Source: an uncultured virus (IMG/VR IMGVR_UViG_3300044858_005455) (lineage: Duplodnaviria; Heunggongvirae; Uroviricota; Caudoviricetes). Taken from it: a stretch of DNA of 64,000 bases. The position numbers were made by a program, and so were the translations under genes. The notes below the pieces were generated by a model. That model saw only the letters and a list, made by a program, of their open reading frames with translations. It was not told where the DNA came from and ran no database searches. Of this stretch, positions 9,201-17,389 are shown piece by piece; the stretch's first letter is position 1, and every line of letters begins with the position of its first letter. The stretch lies in IMG/VR virus record IMGVR_UViG_3300044858_005455, one strand, 5' to 3'.

Positions 9201-9440
9201 CTATCCCTCCCCTTTATAGGGGCCTATCCCGGAGAGGAACTCTATTAGGTGGTCGATAGAGTGTGTATTATACTCCCTATTGCTTCCTCTGGCCCGCCAC
9301 CTCCCCCGGCGCAGGTAGTAGTAGTAGGAGCGCTCTCCCACTGTGATGCGGAGGCACTCATCGCTGATAGGCACCCAGGGTATGCTGTGTGCATCTAGTC
9401 GCGCCTTAGCGTAATTTATATCATTACTCTCATTATTCAT
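9201..9440 (-). CDS. Small basic/aromatic protein, paralog B (79 aa)
   Basis: MNNE...YAK..LD.H.I.W...YYYY..R.RWRA.GSN.EYN..SID.LIE.LS shared with 8475-8693. Confidence 0.75.
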   Translation of the reverse strand: MNNESNDINYAKARLDAHSIPWVPISDECLRITVGERSYYYYLRRGRWRARGSNREYNTHSIDHLIEFLSGIGPYKGEG

Positions 9441-9806
9441 CGGCTGTTCTATTATATTGGCACATGTATTCTATCATTTGGCCGTCTAGACTATCGTATG
9501 GCAGTATTGTGTCCATTATTCTAATTGGGGCCCGCGGATAGTCCCTGTTCTATATCTGCTCTGCCCCCCCACCCTTATGAGAGTGGTTATAAGGGGGCTG
9601 TTATATTGATAGTCCACGAGGGGGAAGGGGGCCGCCCTATAATCAGGCGGGCCCCCCTCTACCGCAGGGCCCACTGTGTTATAACATCGCGGGCCCTTAG
9701 TATATGACAGTAGCTGAGCTGAGCTACACCGGCCGCGTACCGTCATACCGCCCACGTCAGCTCAGCGCGGGCCTTATGTTAGTTGACTGTATCCTCAATG
9801 TTGGGG

Positions 9807-9835
9807 TTGACGTCACTGTAGCGGCGTGGTATAAT
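9807..9835 (+). promoter_or_regulatory. Near-consensus sigma70 promoter
   Basis: TTGACG-17 nt-TATAAT with extended TG, pointing at the inverted-repeat block and the HNH gene. Confidence 0.75.
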
Positions 9836-10037
9836 GGATGTATTGGATTATAGAGATGCGGCCGCTAGACTATTTAGGCCCATCTTGCTAGCATATCCAC
9901 AAAATTAGCCTTAATAATCACCCCCCTTCACAGAGATGCGGCCGGTGCCCAGATAGCACCACTTATGGCCATCGAGGGTAATGAAGAAGGTACTAAACCC
10001 TACTAGGGATTGAAATTAATGTATATATGCTAGTGCT

Positions 10038-10255
10038 CACTGAATATCTGGTCAGTGAACATGATCTAGACCTACTGAATATCTGGCCAGTAGGTTGAAC
10101 CTATCCCTAGATTGCGACCCCCCCCTCCATCGGAGGCCGGGGTCGCAATCTATAGGGTATTTTCATTTACTTATCCCTGGGGCCCCCCTCCCCCCTTCCC
10201 CGGCCTCCGATGGAGGGGGGATCGAGGAGGGGCCGCCCCCAGGGATAAGTAAATG
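10038..10255. repeat. Nested direct and inverted repeat complex
   Basis: Two ACTGAATATCTGGYCAGT hairpins; 14-bp IR 10108-10121/10139-10152; 19-bp IR 10164-10182/10237-10255; 23-bp IR 10120-10142/10198-10220. Confidence 0.85.
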
Positions 10256-10329
10256 CCGGGAGCCCATCTCGTGGAGGCTGCCCGGCAACACAATAGTAAA
10301 AAAAGTAAGGAATACCCCCAGTATAACAT

Positions 10330-11019
10330 ATGGAAACAAAATGTTCAAGTAGCGGATTCGAACCTCGTCCATCTTATTACGCTATGCATATTATGCTAGG
10401 TGGGGCCCGCCGTTATCTCGCGGCTGCCACTATTCGTACCAATGCCAGTGGCTACCAGTACGTTCTCGCTAAGGAGAATAAGCGGCTATTCGACTATCTC
10501 GAGCAGTGCCGCTTCTTCGCGTTCCACTGCACTAACGTCCGTAAGGAGTTGGTATATGTTCACCAGATAGTGCTCTACATTGATAGGCGGCCCGCCGCTG
10601 GTTGGAGACGAGAACGCCGCGGTGAGGTCTGCCGCGCGGGCCTCATGGAAGTACATCACCTCGATGGTGATCCCTCTAACAATGACTATAGTAATCTCTG
10701 GTACGTGAGCCCCATCGAGAATAAACTCCTGGCCCACGCTACTCAGAATCCTGAGGTTATCGCTGACCCCTCTCAGTGGGTGGTACACTACGGTACCGAT
10801 AGTGGTGATATACGCCCCCTCGCTCAGTTCACCTGCCTGCTTGAGCGCACACTACAGTGCACTATGACGCGATTGGGCCTCGATTGGGCTCAGGAGAGGG
10901 TGCAGCGCTGGTGGCGGGGCCTACCTACTGATGCAGCTCGTCATCTCATGGCCGGCCTTAGATCTACTATCGACCCCCTACTTGATATATTCAGGAGGGA
11001 GCAGGCCGCCTGCGCATGA
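10330..11019 (+). CDS. HNH endonuclease
   Basis: YVHQIV...EVHHLDGDPSNNDYSNLWYVSPIEN is a canonical HNH (HNH_3-type) motif. Confidence 0.85.
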   Translation: METKCSSSGFEPRPSYYAMHIMLGGARRYLAAATIRTNASGYQYVLAKENKRLFDYLEQCRFFAFHCTNVRKELVYVHQIVLYIDRRPAAGWRRERRGEVCRAGLMEVHHLDGDPSNNDYSNLWYVSPIENKLLAHATQNPEVIADPSQWVVHYGTDSGDIRPLAQFTCLLERTLQCTMTRLGLDWAQERVQRWWRGLPTDAARHLMAGLRSTIDPLLDIFRREQAACA

Positions 11020-11050
11020 CGCTGTGACGCTGTGACGCTGTTGCACGCAC

Positions 11051-11290
11051 CTATCTTGAAGCTGTCCTCTCAATTACGGCGGGCTCCTCTTCGAATAGGT
11101 CATCACATAGCCTCTGACAATCATAGATCACGTACTGACTGACGGCAAACGCGCTGTCTGCTACCATGATATACCCGCCCTCTCCATCTGGTCTGATTAT
11201 GCCGCTTCTCTCTAGCTCCTCTGCCTCCTCTATAGTGATGGGGGGCAGGTATCTACCGTCTGTGGCTCGTATTGTATATTTAGTTTGCAT
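11051..11290 (-). CDS. Hypothetical protein
   Basis: 79-aa ORF overlapping the upstream gene in the leftward operon. Confidence 0.6.
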   Translation of the reverse strand: MQTKYTIRATDGRYLPPITIEEAEELERSGIIRPDGEGGYIMVADSAFAVSQYVIYDCQRLCDDLFEEEPAVIERTASR

Positions 11291-11687
11291 ATGATTTGTT
11301 TAGTCTCGTACTGCTTGCCCGCGCGGCTCTCTCTCTAGCCGCACCTATTATCTTATTGTCTAGTTCTCTGTAAAACTCGTGGTCCCCTAGGGCCATGAAG
11401 TAGCCCATCGCTTCTATTAGCTCGGGCCTCTCTCGGAAGTATTCTACTCTTCCTCCTCCCTCTAGATACCTCGTCAGTAATATCGCTATCTGTATACCTT
11501 CATCATTAGCCTCTATCCATAGATTCTTGAACGCTGTTGTACATATATTAATATCGTGCCCCATCTCTCGGGCCTTCGTTAATGCGTATCTCTCTAGTAA
11601 GGCGTATCGCATTAGAATGGGGAGATGGGCAGGGCCATACTCCTCTAACCATTCTGCTATTACCTCTAGTGCTGTATTTAGTTTCAA
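11280..11687 (-). CDS. Hypothetical protein
   Basis: 135-aa helical ORF in the leftward operon. Confidence 0.6.
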   Translation of the reverse strand: MKLNTALEVIAEWLEEYGPAHLPILMRYALLERYALTKAREMGHDINICTTAFKNLWIEANDEGIQIAILLTRYLEGGGRVEYFRERPELIEAMGYFMALGDHEFYRELDNKIIGAARERAARASSTRLNKSYAN

Positions 11688-11775
11688 TGTATTACGCGCC
11701 CTCTGGTATGAGCGGGGTTGACCCGCTAGTAGCCGCGGGCCGTGTAATTTATAGCTAGGCTACTCTAGCTCTCTA

Positions 11776-12270
11776 TTAATACTGGTGAGTTACCTTACGG
11801 TTGAACCAACTGAGAACACCTGCTCCACTTGCTCCTTTAGTTCCTGCCTTCTTATTGAAGAGCATCTCTATCTCTCCCTCATTCACGAAGGTGTCATCAT
11901 TACTCCAGGCCTCATAATAAACGGAGTCAATGTCATCCTCCATGATTATGATATTACCCTCAGTGGGTTCTTTGGGTTTACATTCAATCACCATCGTGAT
12001 GAATGGACTATCATCCCCATACATCTTGTAGCCATCGGCTACGCTTTTGGTTATATAATTGCTATGCGGGAACACTAGGTTGACAGTTAGCCCAGTGGCC
12101 CGTTCGCTGACGTCGATAGAACGGCCGTCTTCTAACTTCAAGTAATAGTCCTGCGCTCCAACGCAAGTTCCAGTTAACACGGCGTTGCCGCTGCGGCTAG
12201 TCTTAAATGTAACTTGTTTGGTTTCATTCGAACGGGTTAATTTGATTCTTAGTTTCATTCTTGGTTTCAT
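11776..12270 (-). CDS. Hypothetical protein, tandem paralog 1 (possible OB-fold)
   Basis: Highly similar to 12378-12896 (GNAVLTGTCVGA, GLTVN.VF, SPFITMVIECK, DDTFVNEGEIEMLFNKKA). Confidence 0.75.
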   Translation of the reverse strand: MKPRMKLRIKLTRSNETKQVTFKTSRSGNAVLTGTCVGAQDYYLKLEDGRSIDVSERATGLTVNLVFPHSNYITKSVADGYKMYGDDSPFITMVIECKPKEPTEGNIIIMEDDIDSVYYEAWSNDDTFVNEGEIEMLFNKKAGTKGASGAGVLSWFNRKVTHQY

Positions 12271-12377
12271 GGCAGTCCTACTTAATTATTTGATGGGGTG
12301 GCCCTCTACCTGGTAGAGGGCCTCTTGCGACCATTCTTCCCCACGGCGGGCCGTGTAATTTATACTCTAGCTTTCTA

Positions 12378-12896
12378 TTAGAGTCTCTCTTGGAGAGTTA
12401 CCTTACGGTTGAACCAGTTGGGAGCACCTGAAGTAGGAGCACTTGCTTCACGCGCTGCTCCACTTGCTCCCTTAGTTTCTGCTTTCTTATTGAAGAGCAT
12501 CTCTATCTCTCCCTCATTCACGAAGGTATCGTCATCCATCGCCTCATAACTAACTGATATGATGTCTGCCATCATGATTATGATGTTACCTCCAGCCGTG
12601 GGCTTCTTGGTCTTACATTCAATCACCATCGTGATGAATGGGCTACCGTTTCCATATTCTTCATAGGCCGAGGCTATACTCTCGTTTACACTCTGAGCAT
12701 CGTGCGAAGAGAATACTACATTGACAGTTAGCCCGACGGCTAGATGACTAACGTCGACAGGACCACCTGCTAGCTTCAAATGATAGTCAGAGGCCCCCAC
12801 ACAGGTGCCGGTTAGCACCGCGTTGCCCTTTTCGGTGAAGGTAAAGGTGACCTGCTTGTTTGATGTTTTACGAGTTAATTTGATCTTGAGCTTCAT
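12378..12896 (-). CDS. Hypothetical protein, tandem paralog 2 (possible OB-fold)
   Basis: See the paralog; the downstream non-coding block is also duplicated (11735-11778 vs 12346-12380). Confidence 0.75.
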   Translation of the reverse strand: MKLKIKLTRKTSNKQVTFTFTEKGNAVLTGTCVGASDYHLKLAGGPVDVSHLAVGLTVNVVFSSHDAQSVNESIASAYEEYGNGSPFITMVIECKTKKPTAGGNIIIMMADIISVSYEAMDDDTFVNEGEIEMLFNKKAETKGASGAAREASAPTSGAPNWFNRKVTLQERL

Positions 12897-13109
12897 GTTA
12901 CACCTTGGTTGTTAATTGATAAGGCGGGGCTTGGTATCTCTTAGTGGTGCGGCCACTCTTCTATGCGGCGGGCTCCGTGGTACGGCCATACTTGACGGCC
13001 TGTCCCCCCTGCGGGGGCCTTCTTCATATGCGGGCGTACTTCGCACACGAGGACTACTAGCCCTCGATGGCGAGGTCTAATTGCCAAGCTATATAGATAA
13101 ATGAGGTAG

Positions 13110-13361
13110 TCAGACATTTCCTACCCCCCAGTAAGTCGAGTTACCTACTCGACTCTCTACACCATTAGGTGATAGTATGATACGCGCATTGCTCCGCTTG
13201 GAGCTCGATAGATAGAGCGCGCGGGCCAGGAATGCTACGATTACTAGTATTGCTACACTATGTGTGATGGCCAGCACGGCCACCATGAACATGAACAGTG
13301 ATAGATACGCTATGTGACGCGCATCTAATTCTATAGGCTCCATATAGCTCTCCCATGGCAT
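13110..13361 (-). CDS. Small membrane protein
   Basis: Long hydrophobic stretch IAYLSLFMFMVAVLAITHSVAILVIVAFL. Confidence 0.55.
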   Translation of the reverse strand: MPWESYMEPIELDARHIAYLSLFMFMVAVLAITHSVAILVIVAFLARALYLSSSKRSNARIILSPNGVESRVGNSTYWGVGNV

Positions 13362-13440
13362 ATGTAATTAATAGGTGGGTACACCCAGTGCCGCCGATTA
13401 GGCCGCAGTCGATGTCCCCCAGTGGGGGCCTAGTGGGGCA

Positions 13441-14484
13441 CTAGGAGCCCCATTGGCTTATGTAACTGATGACTATTAGTATGGGGAAGGGTAGCATCTT
13501 ATCTATCCCTGATAACTCCTCTACCATATACATCAGTCCTAGACATACGGCCCCCGGTAGGAATACAATACTAACGTGAGCCGATGCCATCAACACGACC
13601 AGCGCGGCCGCCGTTACAACTAGATTGATAAGGCGAGTGGGGCCGGCGTGTAACCAGCGTTGCCACATAGGGCTCCTTATCATCCAGATGGTCAGCCAAT
13701 AGGCTGATAAGAATAGGGGCGTCAGTAATACTACTGTGCCGACGAAGGCGGGCCAATTCAACTGGTTTACATCCGTTATGGCTAGATAGGAGCTCATGGC
13801 ATCTCGCCCGCTACTATTACCTAACATGACTAGTCCCAATGATATACCCCGCACAACAGCCTCGAGATAAGATTCAGTCTTACCATCGGGGGCGGCTGCG
13901 GCTACAGGTAACCCAATAGCCAGGAATGGTCCTAGCGACATAGCGATTCCCAGTGCATTGCTGGTCTCGCAGTCCTCAGTCTTACGTCTAGCGGGGCATA
14001 TTAGGCTGGCCATAACGTAGCCCCCCATACCCAGGACGGTAGTAGCGTGGGGCTGACTATGCAGGAACCATAGGAAGATAGCCGTGATAATGGCTAGACC
14101 TACCATCTCGACGCGGCCCCAGCACTGCACTAATATAAAGATGGCCATCATTAATGGCGTCATCCACATATGAGATACACGGAGGTATTGGTCCATAACT
14201 ATTATGCCTAGACTGGCTATTATGCCACCAATTAGGCTGGTGATGCGTATTAACAGCGAAGCCGATGCGTCATATCCGCTAGTGGCGGTAACTACCCTCA
14301 TACCAGTGAAGGCCGGGTTACTCATGCGGGCCTCACTGGTGATAGTGCCAATTACCACTATAGCTAATACGCCCATCGCGTTATCGCCGCTAATAAGCGG
14401 CATAAGGGCCATTAGCAGTATCTCAATACTCAGATATGGTATCAGAGATACTATGAGGGCCAGCGCTCCCAATACGATTGTCAT
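13441..14484 (-). CDS. Polytopic membrane protein (347 aa)
   Basis: Roughly ten hydrophobic helices by eye. Confidence 0.75.
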   Translation of the reverse strand: MTIVLGALALIVSLIPYLSIEILLMALMPLISGDNAMGVLAIVVIGTITSEARMSNPAFTGMRVVTATSGYDASASLLIRITSLIGGIIASLGIIVMDQYLRVSHMWMTPLMMAIFILVQCWGRVEMVGLAIITAIFLWFLHSQPHATTVLGMGGYVMASLICPARRKTEDCETSNALGIAMSLGPFLAIGLPVAAAAPDGKTESYLEAVVRGISLGLVMLGNSSGRDAMSSYLAITDVNQLNWPAFVGTVVLLTPLFLSAYWLTIWMIRSPMWQRWLHAGPTRLINLVVTAAALVVLMASAHVSIVFLPGAVCLGLMYMVEELSGIDKMLPFPILIVISYISQWGS

Positions 14485-14494
14485 GTGACTTACC

Positions 14495-14797
14495 CTAAGG
14501 TAATGTTTTAAAGGTAACGTTAATTAACGTGCCGTTACTAACGTTACCCGTTACTTCTATAAACCTACCGCTGCGTATTCTCCTAGCCAGGATAAGTACA
14601 CTGCACCTGCTAGTGCCCGCATCCTCGTATAGGAGGGCATAGGCATGATTGGGTAGGAGAGGGTTAGAGTATGTAGTGCTCTTAACCCAGGCCTTAGCCG
14701 TTACGAGGGAGCCATTATGGCGCCTTATATCGCATAGGCCCACTGGTATAGGTGGGGGCCTTCTCCCTAGTATAAGGGCGAGTAGTGTATCTAGCAC
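14495..14797 (-). CDS. Hypothetical protein
   Basis: 100-aa ORF in the operon, overlapping the upstream gene. Confidence 0.5.
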   Translation of the reverse strand: MLDTLLALILGRRPPPIPVGLCDIRRHNGSLVTAKAWVKSTTYSNPLLPNHAYALLYEDAGTSRCSVLILARRIRSGRFIEVTGNVSNGTLINVTFKTLP

Positions 14798-15359
14798 GTT
14801 TTATGGCCTCATTAAACTTGTCCTCGTTAACAAAGGTCATATTATGAACTATGGCCTCGTCCCATTCGATAATGGCGTATACGACACCGCCGTGCCGTAA
14901 CGCATAATCGATGGCCCGCACGTCGAGCGCATCTACTTTTAGGCTGAGGTTAGTTATAGCATAGTAACCAGAACCAGGCTCGGTCTCCCGTAAGGGCTCC
15001 TCTATTCTGAGGAAACGCTTTTTGAGCCTCGGGTTGGCTTCACTATCGTAGTCTATATAGCTACGACGATAGGTGCCCTTTAACTCACCATTCACCATTT
15101 TCCCTCGTATAGTTAACCACTCGCCTATCTCAGGCGGGGGCCCATTTACGGGCACATATACGTAACAGCCTCTCTTATTAGAGGCAAGCAAGGGATCGGT
15201 GGATGCGACCACCCGAACTCTATCTACTACCTTGTCATTATTAGCACTACATATGGAAGGCCTCGCCTTCGATAGGTTAGATGCTACATAAGCGAATGCA
15301 GCTACGCTAGCCAGTATTACTCCATAGAGTATTAAGGCACTTAAGGGTTTTCTTTTCAT
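14715..15359 (-). CDS. Secreted or membrane-anchored hypothetical protein
   Basis: MKRKP followed by a hydrophobic N-terminal segment. Confidence 0.65.
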   Translation of the reverse strand: MKRKPLSALILYGVILASVAAFAYVASNLSKARPSICSANNDKVVDRVRVVASTDPLLASNKRGCYVYVPVNGPPPEIGEWLTIRGKMVNGELKGTYRRSYIDYDSEANPRLKKRFLRIEEPLRETEPGSGYYAITNLSLKVDALDVRAIDYALRHGGVVYAIIEWDEAIVHNMTFVNEDKFNEAIKRARYTTRPYTREKAPTYTSGPMRYKAP

Positions 15360-15428
15360 AAATACGCTAACCGTTTTCGACTAAACGCATTGGTAATAAC
15401 TAAGGTTCCGATTAACAAAAGAAAGTTT

Positions 15429-15683
15429 TCATTTTGCTTTCCTAAAGGTAATATACCATCCGCAGCCCGCCGTTAATATTGCACCAATAACCGCACCGTA
15501 AACTCCCGCAATTGATCCCCCTAGGGCTGCACCTCCCACCGTTACCACCATCAGGCGATCAGCTTTATCCCAAAATCGAGGGGAATCAGCACCCTCGCGA
15601 TCAAAGGGAATCCCCTTGGTATGGCAATCATTTCTAAGGTGATGGCTGAATGATCGCTTCCGAAACTCTTTAAATGGCGTCAT
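15429..15683 (-). CDS. Small membrane protein with a glycine zipper
   Basis: GGAALGGSIAGVYGAVIGAIL. Confidence 0.65.
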   Translation of the reverse strand: MTPFKEFRKRSFSHHLRNDCHTKGIPFDREGADSPRFWDKADRLMVVTVGGAALGGSIAGVYGAVIGAILTAGCGWYITFRKAK

Positions 15684-15709
15684 GATCTCTACTTAATATT
15701 GAGACTAAT

Positions 15710-16090
15710 CTAGTATACTTGTAAAAACAGACAACCTAGAATTACGCCTGTCTTTTTATCCTGAACTAGCGCGCCGGGCGTAAGGCAATCTGTGCGACCT
15801 ATCTTAGTGGCCGCGGCGGCCACTAACTCTGGCACGATGTAATAAATCCCTTCTTGGTATTTAGGTAATCTCTCGATCTCCCCGTAAACAATGGACTTGA
15901 TGGCAATACCATCGATTTCCCCCGCAGGGAGGTTGACCATTGAAACTCGTGCGAGAATCCCCGACGGAGGGATCTCTCTCAGAATTTCAACAGTTTTAGC
16001 TTCAGCAAGAAACTGTCTTCTATTGTCCTGTTCGACACCTCGTCTAGAGACGAGGGTGATAGAGTGAGGGGTTGCGTTGATTAATGTCAT
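15710..16090 (-). CDS. Conserved hypothetical phage protein
   Basis: INATPHSI N-terminus, PPSG..ARV, LP....GIYYIV..LVA, R.D.L.PG motifs typical of a widespread phage family. Confidence 0.7.
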   Translation of the reverse strand: MTLINATPHSITLVSRRGVEQDNRRQFLAEAKTVEILREIPPSGILARVSMVNLPAGEIDGIAIKSIVYGEIERLPKYQEGIYYIVPELVAAAATKIGRTDCLTPGALVQDKKTGVILGCLFLQVY

Positions 16091-16170
16091 TTGTTCTTTC
16101 TGTAGTACGGTATATACGCCCCCCTACTAATAGAGGGGCTCAGCCGACCTCTGATAAGGTCGGCTGATTA

Positions 16171-16851
16171 CTATTCCATAGGATTGGCGCTTGCGGCAGG
16201 GGCCGCCCACTCCGTATTATTATTATTTGCTGCATCCGCTGCTGCACGAGCAGCTTGCAGTCGGGAAGTACGTTCCTCCTGCCGGCGCTTCTGCCGATTA
16301 TTACTCTGAGACCGCGCTGCTGAGAGCCAGTCATCCATCTCAGTCTTTGTCTTAAAGCCCAGGCTGCCGATAGCAGTCTGATTGACTTCCATGCCTAAGA
16401 AGGACTTAGTGTAGAAGACAATGCTATTTACTTCCTCACCGTTTGCGGTGAGTTCGGAGAAGCTGGGCTCCCCGACCTCAAAGAGAACGGATACTCCCGC
16501 TCCTACCATGTCTTCAGCGCCCCCAGTAATGGCCTCGAATTGGTCCGGTGTTACCCGGACTTCAACTGTGAGACCAGCTAACTGGTCGTCGCTGACTGGT
16601 TTACCCTGGTGCGTAACATTGTTACTCCGCGCGACTGTGCCGATTAGCCGGACGGTTCCGTCGGAGCACAGTTTGTTCCACATGCGATGTGGTGGGAACT
16701 TATTTGTAAATGCGATTGAGTATAGTAATTGCGCTTTGACTGATTCCTGTGGTTTAGGTTGTTCCGCTGCCTTAAACTCATCTATAGCTGAGCGGGTAGT
16801 GGTTTTGGCGGTGGTTTTTGCGGTGGTTCTGGCAGTGCGTGATGGTCTCAT
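16171..16851 (-). CDS. Hypothetical protein, distant relative of the 11776/12378 pair
   Basis: GTVRLIGTV...GKPVSDDQLAGLTVEVRV aligns with GNAVLTGTC...GRSIDVSERATGLTVNLVF. Confidence 0.7.
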   Translation of the reverse strand: MRPSRTARTTAKTTAKTTTRSAIDEFKAAEQPKPQESVKAQLLYSIAFTNKFPPHRMWNKLCSDGTVRLIGTVARSNNVTHQGKPVSDDQLAGLTVEVRVTPDQFEAITGGAEDMVGAGVSVLFEVGEPSFSELTANGEEVNSIVFYTKSFLGMEVNQTAIGSLGFKTKTEMDDWLSAARSQSNNRQKRRQEERTSRLQAARAAADAANNNNTEWAAPAASANPME

Positions 16852-16897
16852 AGCTAATAAGTTAATAGGTAATAGTGATTAATTAGAGGTTATGTCC

Positions 16898-17175
16898 CTC
16901 CATTGGGGAGTGGCATCGGCTACTTTCGCAGCTCGAGTACCATAGGCCCTCCGCTGGGGAGCAGCTCGAGTACCATAGGCCCTCCGCTGGGGAGTGGCTA
17001 GAGCAGCTAGTGCAGCTATGGTAGCTATCGCAACTAGTGCGACACAAGCCCCTCTGTTGAAGAGTGGCACTGGCTACTTTCGCAGCTCGAGTACCATAAG
17101 CTCCTCCGTTGGGGAGTGGCTAGTATAGCTATGGCAGCTATCGCGACAATAGCTCTTCTGAAAGGGAGTGGCTAA
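16898..17175. repeat. Degenerate repeat array
   Basis: 33-bp exact tandem 16928-16960/16961-16993; GGCTACTTTCGCAGCTCGAGTACCATA at 16918 and 17072; GAGTGGC five times. Confidence 0.8.
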
Positions 17176-17389
17176 TAAAACTAACGCAGCTCTTGCTGGG
17201 TGCTTAGGGAGTACCCAACAGATAGTTTATTGCCACCGCTAATAGAATTCGCCGTCACGAGCATAAGCCGCCGCTAGTAACATTCGCTGTCATGGGCAAT
17301 ACCAGATACTACCTATCATATGGAGTAAAGAGCTCCACTAAAAGAAAAAGGGGCCAGGTGGCCCCAGGGGTCATATGACCCCATTGTAA

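Noticed and set aside
9516..10372. Short track ORFs in the GC-rich repeat region
   Set aside because: No RBS, low complexity, explained by the inverted repeats
10330..11019. IscB/HEARO (OMEGA) assignment
   Set aside because: No PLMP N-terminus or RuvC motifs; only 229 aa
16898..17175. Possible CRISPR mini-array
   Set aside because: Repeats are degenerate, the intervening sequences are themselves repeated, and no cas genes are present
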